From the NCBI GenBank assembly GCA_030688135.1, contig JAUYIW010000029.1, forward strand, positions 1-38,603: a stretch of DNA of 38,603 nucleotides, in the 5' to 3' direction. The notes below the pieces were generated by a model. That model had not been told where the DNA came from. It worked only from the letters and a program-made list of their open reading frames with translations, and searched no databases. Within the stretch, counting starts at the first letter, position 1. Each line of letters opens with the position of its first letter. Both the position numbers and the translations under genes were made by a program. Below, piece by piece: positions 32,224-38,603 of the stretch. The stretch is from Candidatus Uhrbacteria bacterium. Its GTDB lineage: Bacteria; Patescibacteriota; Patescibacteriia; UBA9934.

Positions 32224-32886
32224 ATGACCGAGATTTCTCTCACAAATACTGTAATCGAAGGGGCGATCCCTTATGGTTGTGATAGCGAAAATGGCGCCAT
32301 TGCAGACGTTGCGTGTTCTACTATAGATTCCGGTGAATTAACTGCCGAAGAGTTAAATACAGAAGTGGTTAATGAAGAAACGGGAGGTATTGCCGGTGTT
32401 GCCGGTCAATTTGGCTTAAAAGGCGATATCTTTCTAGCTCAGCTTGTAAACTTCTTAATAGTTTTGGTTATACTGTGGATATTCTTATATAAGCCTGTCT
32501 TGAAATTTCTAAATGAGCGACAAGAAAAAATAGAAAAAAGCGTTAAGCATGCGGAAGAGATAGAAAAGAGAGTTAAAGCTATCGATATTGAACGAGAGTC
32601 TATTGTAACCGAAGCTCGTCAGGCTGCACAAACTATTCTTGAAAAAGCTCAGGCTGACTCAAAAACTCGATCTGATGAAATGGTAGAAGCTGCAAAGCGT
32701 GAAGTCGAGCGGGTAATCACAAGAGGTAAAGAGCAGTTAGCTGGAGAAAAAACAGAAATGATGCGAGAACTTAGAAAAGAAGTAGTTGCACTCGCCGTTA
32801 AAGCTGCCGAGCGTATTTTAACAGATGGAATCGATGAGAAAAAATCTCAGTCTCTTGCTGAAGAAGTTGTGAGAAAGCTAACGTAA
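32224..32886 (+). CDS. atpF: F0 ATP synthase subunit b with an N-terminal extension of about 60 aa
   Basis: TM helix IFLAQLVNFLIVLVILWIFLY followed by a long charged helix. There is no internal Met to shorten the extension. Confidence 0.85.
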   Translation: MTEISLTNTVIEGAIPYGCDSENGAIADVACSTIDSGELTAEELNTEVVNEETGGIAGVAGQFGLKGDIFLAQLVNFLIVLVILWIFLYKPVLKFLNERQEKIEKSVKHAEEIEKRVKAIDIERESIVTEARQAAQTILEKAQADSKTRSDEMVEAAKREVERVITRGKEQLAGEKTEMMRELRKEVVALAVKAAERILTDGIDEKKSQSLAEEVVRKLT

Positions 32887-32888
32887 TC

Positions 32889-32969
32889 GCTACAGACCTA
32901 CGAACGGTACGAACCTACAAACATAGACGTTCTCGGTTTGTAAGTCTGTATAGTTCGTATGTCTGTAAC
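32889..32969. repeat. 81-bp imperfect palindrome: two inverted 34-nt arms, each of four TACRRAC heptamers, around a 13-nt centre (an empty MITE-like element)
   Basis: Arm 32889-32922 compared with the reverse complement of 32936-32969. It fills the atpF-atpH spacer almost exactly. Confidence 0.85.
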
Positions 32970-32977
32970 TAAAGTAT

Positions 32978-33361
32978 ATGAAGGTTGATGCAAAAAAACT
33001 GGCAAAGATTCTTGTTGATAGTGTTGATGGCGCAAATGAATCTGAAGCAAATAAAATCATTAAAGACTTTGTGAAGTTTTTGGCAGAAAATAAACTGCTC
33101 GGAATGTGGCGAGAGATCGAACGAGGAATACATTCTTCATGGAAAGAAAAGTATGGTGCTTCACAGGTAACCATTGTATCCGCTCATCGACTAAGTATAG
33201 ATGCCAGAGATGTTATAACTGGTCTTGCAAAAGGAGCAGACATACATGAAACAGTAAACGAAAGACTAATCGGCGGTACTATCATACGAATCGATGACAC
33301 TAGAATAGATGGAAGCATTTCAGGAGCGCTAGATAAACTTCAAAGAGAACTCACAGCCTAA
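32978..33361 (+). CDS. atpH: F1 ATP synthase subunit delta (short, 127 aa)
   Basis: The C-terminal LIGGTIIRIDDTRIDGSISGALDKL is typical of delta/OSCP. Confidence 0.8.
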   Translation: MKVDAKKLAKILVDSVDGANESEANKIIKDFVKFLAENKLLGMWREIERGIHSSWKEKYGASQVTIVSAHRLSIDARDVITGLAKGADIHETVNERLIGGTIIRIDDTRIDGSISGALDKLQRELTA

Positions 33362-33413
33362 CTTATAGCCTCTTACTTTAGACTAGAAGCTATCAGCTCT
33401 AAACTATAAGCTA

Positions 33414-34952
33414 ATGTATATGACTAACAAATCAGACATAATTGAACAGCTTCGAAAACAAGTTGAAGTATTCAAGGCTGACGCCAACGTTGAATCGGTA
33501 GGAACCGTACTTTCTGTTGCAGACGGTGTTATTACGATGAGCGGACTATCAAATGCAAAAGCACAGGAAATGCTTGAGTTTGAAGACGGAACCATTGGAG
33601 TTGCTCTAAACGTTGAAGAAGAAACCATTGGTGCTGTAGTCTTAGGCGACGCTGGAAGTATTAACGAGGGCGACACTGTAAAATCAACTGGACGAGTTCT
33701 ATCGATTCCAGTCGGAGAACAAATGATAGGCAGAGTCGTTAGTCCTCTTGGAATTGCTATTGATGGTAAAGGTGATATCAAAACAGAAAATTACAATCCT
33801 GTAGAAAAGATTGCGCCTGGTGTTATGACTCGTAAATCTGTTTCTGTTGCATTGCAAACTGGAATTAAGGCAATTGATACATTGATTCCAATCGGACGAG
33901 GTCAGCGTGAGCTTATTATTGGCGACCGTCAGACTGGAAAAACAGCAATTGCGATTGATACGATCATTAATCAAAAAGGCGAGAATGTTAAATGTGTTTA
34001 TGTAGCTATTGGTCAAAAAGAATCAAAAATTGCTAGTATTACAGCCAAGCTCGAAGCAGCTGGAGCTATGGAATACACAACTATCGTTCTTGCAGGAGCG
34101 TCTGATCCAGCATCGCTAAGTTACATTGCTCCATACTCTGGTTGTGCGATTGCTGAATACTTCATGGAAAAAGGAGAGGACGTGCTAATAATTTTTGATG
34201 ATCTTTCAAAGCATGCATGGGCATACCGAGAAATTTCACTTCTGCTAAAGCGCCCACCAGGACGTGAAGCTTATCCAGGTGATGTTTTTTACTTACACTC
34301 AAGACTTTTAGAGCGTTCAGCTCGGCTTAATGAAAAATACGGTGGAGGTTCGATTACTGCACTTCCAATTATTGAAACTCAAGCTGGGGACGTATCTGCC
34401 TACATTCCAACAAACGTTATTTCTATTACCGATGGTCAGATCTTTCTGGAGAGTGATCTTTTCTACAAAGGTCAAAGGCCAGCATTGAACGTTGGGCTTT
34501 CGGTTTCTCGTGTAGGTTCGGCAGCTCAAACTAAAGCAATTAAAGCAGTTTCGAAAACTCTAAAAGTTGACCTTGCACAGTTCCGCGAACTCGAAGCTTT
34601 TGCGCAGTTTGCAACAGACCTTGACGAAGCAACAAAGAAACAGCTCGAACGCGGACGACGCGCAATGGAAGTAATGAAGCAAAAACAATACGCTCCAATG
34701 ACCGTTGCAGAACAAACTTCGATCATCTTTGCGCTAAACAATGGTGATCTTGATAACATAGCGCCAGAACGAATTGAAGAGTTCGAAGCTAAATTCCTAG
34801 ATTACATGCGAGCAAGCGGAAAGGAAGTGCTCGACGACATCTCTGCAACAAAAGATTTAACTGACGAAACTGGCAAGAAACTGGAGAAAATGATAAACGA
34901 CTTTAAGAGTACTTTCGCTCCGGAAGTAAAAGATGAAAAAAGCGTAATCTAA
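33414..34952 (+). CDS. atpA: F1 ATP synthase subunit alpha
   Basis: GDRQTGKT Walker A and a conserved alpha core. Confidence 0.95.
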   Translation: MYMTNKSDIIEQLRKQVEVFKADANVESVGTVLSVADGVITMSGLSNAKAQEMLEFEDGTIGVALNVEEETIGAVVLGDAGSINEGDTVKSTGRVLSIPVGEQMIGRVVSPLGIAIDGKGDIKTENYNPVEKIAPGVMTRKSVSVALQTGIKAIDTLIPIGRGQRELIIGDRQTGKTAIAIDTIINQKGENVKCVYVAIGQKESKIASITAKLEAAGAMEYTTIVLAGASDPASLSYIAPYSGCAIAEYFMEKGEDVLIIFDDLSKHAWAYREISLLLKRPPGREAYPGDVFYLHSRLLERSARLNEKYGGGSITALPIIETQAGDVSAYIPTNVISITDGQIFLESDLFYKGQRPALNVGLSVSRVGSAAQTKAIKAVSKTLKVDLAQFRELEAFAQFATDLDEATKKQLERGRRAMEVMKQKQYAPMTVAEQTSIIFALNNGDLDNIAPERIEEFEAKFLDYMRASGKEVLDDISATKDLTDETGKKLEKMINDFKSTFAPEVKDEKSVI

Positions 34953-34960
34953 AACTAACT

Positions 34961-34988
34961 GAGCACCCACAATGGGATGCCCCTACAC
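34961..34988 (+). repeat. REP-like element E1 (hairpin + CCCCTACAC)
   Basis: GAGCACCCACAATGGGATGCCCCTACAC, in the atpA-atpG spacer. Confidence 0.8.
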
Positions 34989-35015
34989 AGTTTTTTTCAA
35001 CCCATAAGCTACAAC

Positions 35016-35957
35016 ATGGCTGCTAACGCAAAAACAATTCGACGCCGCATCAAATCTATTGCTAACACTGGTAAGATTACCAAAGCAATGGAGCTTGTTG
35101 CTGCAAGTAAAATGCAACGCGCAGTAAACTCAGTGCTTGGTACACGACCTTATGCGCGAATGGCATGGGAAACTATTAATGCTGTTGCAAAGTCTGCTGG
35201 AGAAGTTACGCATCCTCTACTAGTTGAAAATAAAGAGGCAAAGAAAACTCTTTTTATACTTTTTACGTCAGACAGAGGTCTCGCTGGTGCGCTAAATACC
35301 AACATGAATAAAGCTGCTGCAAAAGCCGTTGCGCAGATTAAAGGTGATATTGAAGCAATAGCAGTAGGGAAGCGTGGAAACGCAGCGTTAAGACGAGCTA
35401 ACGTTCCTGTGATTGCAAGTTTTGAAGGACTTACAAACAAACCAATGTTTAAAGACGTACTTCCGATTGGCACACTTGTGCTTGAGGAATATCAGAAAGG
35501 AACTTACAAAGATGTAATAATTGGATATACTGACTTTATTTCTGCATTAAATCAAATTCCAAAAATACTGAAACTGTTACCGCTCGGTCAGCCGGAAGAT
35601 ATGGAAGGACTTGGAGAGGTTGGGAATAGAACGGAAAGTGAGAATGTAGTTACAGACCTACAAACTGTACAGAACTACAGAAAGGACGAATCTCGAGAGT
35701 ACAAATTTGAACCAAGTCCGGAAGAAGTGCTGAATAGAATACTTCCAAGACTAGTTGAAACAATGATTTATCAAGCGCTACTTGAGTCAGCTGCAAGTGA
35801 ACACTCAGCAAGAATGATGGCAATGAGAAGTGCGTCAGATAACGCTCAAGATATGTTGAAAGAATTAACCTTAACATATAACCAAATTCGCCAGGCTGGA
35901 ATTACGCAAGAAATTGCTGAAATAAGTGGAGGGGCTGCGGCGATCAATAATAAATAA
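35016..35957 (+). CDS. atpG: F1 ATP synthase subunit gamma
   Basis: MAANAKTIRRRIKSIANTGKITKAMELVAASKMQRA is the canonical gamma N-terminus. The listed start at 34977 lies inside repeat E1. Confidence 0.9.
   Translation: MAANAKTIRRRIKSIANTGKITKAMELVAASKMQRAVNSVLGTRPYARMAWETINAVAKSAGEVTHPLLVENKEAKKTLFILFTSDRGLAGALNTNMNKAAAKAVAQIKGDIEAIAVGKRGNAALRRANVPVIASFEGLTNKPMFKDVLPIGTLVLEEYQKGTYKDVIIGYTDFISALNQIPKILKLLPLGQPEDMEGLGEVGNRTESENVVTDLQTVQNYRKDESREYKFEPSPEEVLNRILPRLVETMIYQALLESAASEHSARMMAMRSASDNAQDMLKELTLTYNQIRQAGITQEIAEISGGAAAINNK
35649..35682 (+). repeat. Single heptamer arm inside the atpG coding sequence (GT-TACAGAC-C-TACAAAC-TG-TACAGAA-C-TACAGAA)
   Basis: It has the same 4-heptamer layout and 1-2-1 spacing as the intergenic arms. 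It is in frame and encodes VTDLQTVQNYRK. Confidence 0.7.
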
Positions 35958-35980
35958 ACACCGCATGCTGAAACATGCAG

Positions 35981-36012
35981 GACAACCACATAGGGTTGCC
36001 CCTACACGATCC
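35981..36012 (+). repeat. REP-like element E2
   Basis: GACAACCACATAGGGTTGCCCCTACACGATCC, in the atpG-atpD spacer. Confidence 0.8.
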
Positions 36013-36045
36013 GAAGCACATCAACCTATAAGCTATAACCTATAA

Positions 36046-37428
<1,383 letters not shown>

Positions 37429-37430
37429 TC

Positions 37431-37893
37431 GTTACAAACCTACGAACTATACAAACTTACAGACCAGTTTACGAAATATGGAGTTTATTTATCCAGATGA
37501 GAGCTATCAGATACTAGGTGTGCTGTTTGAAATAAATAAAGAGATCGGTTATGGTCACAGGGAGAAATACTACCAAAAAGCTATCGCAGCACATTTCGAT
37601 TTTCTTACAATTCCTTATAAGAAATAATTAAAAGTAGACCTAATTGCATGTAATCAAGTCGTAGGCCATTACTTCATAGACTTCCTTGTTTTCGACAAAA
37701 TAATCCTGGAAATAAAATCAACTAATAATTTTAGAGTCTCTGATTACAGACAGGTTAAGTCATACTTAAACTCAACAAATCTAAAACTCGGAATTCTAGC
37801 AACGTTCAGTCCAACAGGTATCCGCTACCGTAGAGTCCTTAATCTATATTGAACCTGCAGTCTGTAAGTCTGTACCGTCTGTAGGTCTGTAAC
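37431..37893 (+). mobile_element. MITE-like cassette: inverted 34-nt heptamer arms (37431-37464 and 37860-37893) flanking a GxxExxY-family pseudogene
   Basis: The arms match at 28 of 34 positions when one is reverse-complemented. The cassette starts 3 nt after the atpD stop and ends 6 nt before the atpC ATG. Confidence 0.6.
37478..37852 (+). pseudogene. GxxExxY-family (PD-(D/E)XK-like) protein gene with one in-frame TAA (37625-37627)
   Basis: Hand translation: MEFIYPDESYQILGVLFEINKEIGYGHREKYYQKAIAAHFDFLTIPYKK*LKVDLIACNQVVGHYFIDFLVFDKIILEIKS...LKLGILATFSPTGIRYRRVLNLY*. The GHREKYY motif and D...EIK are present. Confidence 0.65.
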
Positions 37894-37899
37894 TATATT

Positions 37900-38337
37900 A
37901 TGTCAAAGATTTCACTAAAAATCATAACCCCAGAACGAGTCGTATTCGAAGACTCGGTTGATTCGATTTCTGCAACTACTGAAATGGGTGAGGTTACAAT
38001 CCTGCCAAACCATGTTCCGCTAGTTTCACTTCTGCGCTCTGGCGAAATGCGACTTCGAGATAATGGACAGGAATCACTTTTAGCAGTCTCCACAGGGCTT
38101 ATAGAGGTTCGTGGTGGAAATCAAATAATAATATTAGCTGATTCTGCTGAGCGTTCAGAAGAATTAGACCTTGAAAAGATTGAAGAGGCCAAAAAACTAG
38201 CTGAAAAACGTGTGGAAGAAGCAAGGAATATGAACGATGTTGCCTATGCCGATGCTCTAGTTCATCTAGAGCGAGAGCTGGCTAGACATCGCGTGGCGAC
38301 AAAAAAGAAATACCGCGATGTTGGAAGACAGTCATAA
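37900..38337 (+). CDS. atpC: F1 ATP synthase subunit epsilon
   Basis: LKIITPERVVFEDSVDSISATTEMGEVTILPNHVPLVS is typical of epsilon. Confidence 0.9.
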   Translation: MSKISLKIITPERVVFEDSVDSISATTEMGEVTILPNHVPLVSLLRSGEMRLRDNGQESLLAVSTGLIEVRGGNQIIILADSAERSEELDLEKIEEAKKLAEKRVEEARNMNDVAYADALVHLERELARHRVATKKKYRDVGRQS

Positions 38338-38362
38338 GTGGGATCTGGCGAGTATATTATAT

Positions 38363-38491
38363 CTTGAATTACGAAACTCGCGATCTTTGCGTTCACGGGC
38401 GCCCGTCGCCCCCGTTCTCCCTACGTTTTAGTAGGGTTCACGGGGATCGACAGCCCGTTCATGCGAATCTCATCGAGTTTCGTAATTCAAG
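38363..38491 (+). repeat. 129-nt rod-like hairpin R2 with perfect 18-bp basal stem
   Basis: Basal stem CTTGAATTACGAAACTCG (38363-38380) / CGAGTTTCGTAATTCAAG (38474-38491). Inner pairings are GCGTTCACGGGC/GCCCGTTCATGC, CCCCG/CGGGG and, at the apex, CCCTAC-GTTTTA-GTAGGG. Confidence 0.8.
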
Positions 38492-38501
38492 GTATTATAA
38501 G

Positions 38502-38530
38502 ACCGGCTCTGAATTGAGCTGGTTTTATTT
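38502..38530 (+). terminator. Intrinsic terminator at the end of the atp operon
   Basis: Hairpin ACCGGCTC-TGAATT-GAGCTGGT followed by TTTATTT. Confidence 0.65.
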
Positions 38531-38545
38531 GATTATAAACTCGCC

Positions 38546-38577
38546 GGACACCCACAAGGGGTGCCCCTACATGATCC
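38546..38577 (+). repeat. REP-like element E3
   Basis: GGACACCCACAAGGGGTGCCCCTACATGATCC. It shares TGCCCCTACAyGATCC with E2. Confidence 0.8.
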
Positions 38578-38603
38578 AAATAACCCAAATCTTAACATTG
38601 TTT

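Noticed and set aside
34977-35015. atpG start at 34977
   Set aside because: The ATG lies inside repeat E1. The canonical gamma N-terminus (MAANAKTIRRRI...) begins at 35016.

Overview
This is a 38.6-kb stretch of an AT-rich, tightly packed bacterial chromosome. No in-frame TGA interrupts any long conserved gene, so I read it with the standard code rather than code 4 or 25. All family calls come from motifs read in the supplied translations; nothing was searched against a database.

Gene content is mostly housekeeping: ABC-F ATPase, RimK-like ATP-grasp enzyme, cold-shock protein, DEAD-box helicase, TruB, SpoU/TrmH methyltransferase, RRM protein, acylphosphatase, leucyl aminopeptidase, glutaredoxin-like protein, peroxiredoxin plus Fe/Mn superoxide dismutase, RsmI, MetRS, CvpA-like protein, TatD, and a complete F1Fo ATP synthase operon (atpZ/I-like, B, E, F, H, A, G, D, C; 30472-38337). 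A DUF5671-like membrane protein, a CxxC zinc-ribbon protein and many small orphan ORFs fit a small-genome Patescibacteria/CPR-like organism. That placement is inference only. Many promoters read as TTGACA-like -35 boxes with TGn-extended -10 boxes, and three genes look leaderless.

Features that ordinary annotation does not explain, in my order of interest:
1. The ATP synthase operon is colonised by several repeat families. One is a MITE-like element whose 34-nt inverted arms are each four TACRRAC heptamers. It is empty between atpF and atpH, carries a GxxExxY-family nuclease-like pseudogene between atpD and atpC, and occurs as a single in-frame arm inside atpG.
2. An acylphosphatase gene is duplicated around a RAYT/IS200-like Y1 transposase. 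The transposase carries a DnaA-C-like HTH and is bracketed by a perfect 25-bp inverted repeat. REP-like GTAG-plus-hairpin elements lie elsewhere in the window.
3. Three tandem promoter / structured-RNA / terminator units lie between tatD and the atp promoter. None shows SRP, RNase P, tmRNA or tRNA signature boxes by eye.
4. A visibly more G+C-rich 693-codon orphan gene forms its own transcription unit behind a 14-bp-arm palindrome.
5. A conserved hairpin family (core ACGTCTCTAAGAGACGT) occurs three times.

I cannot say which of these, if any, is a functional system rather than selfish DNA.
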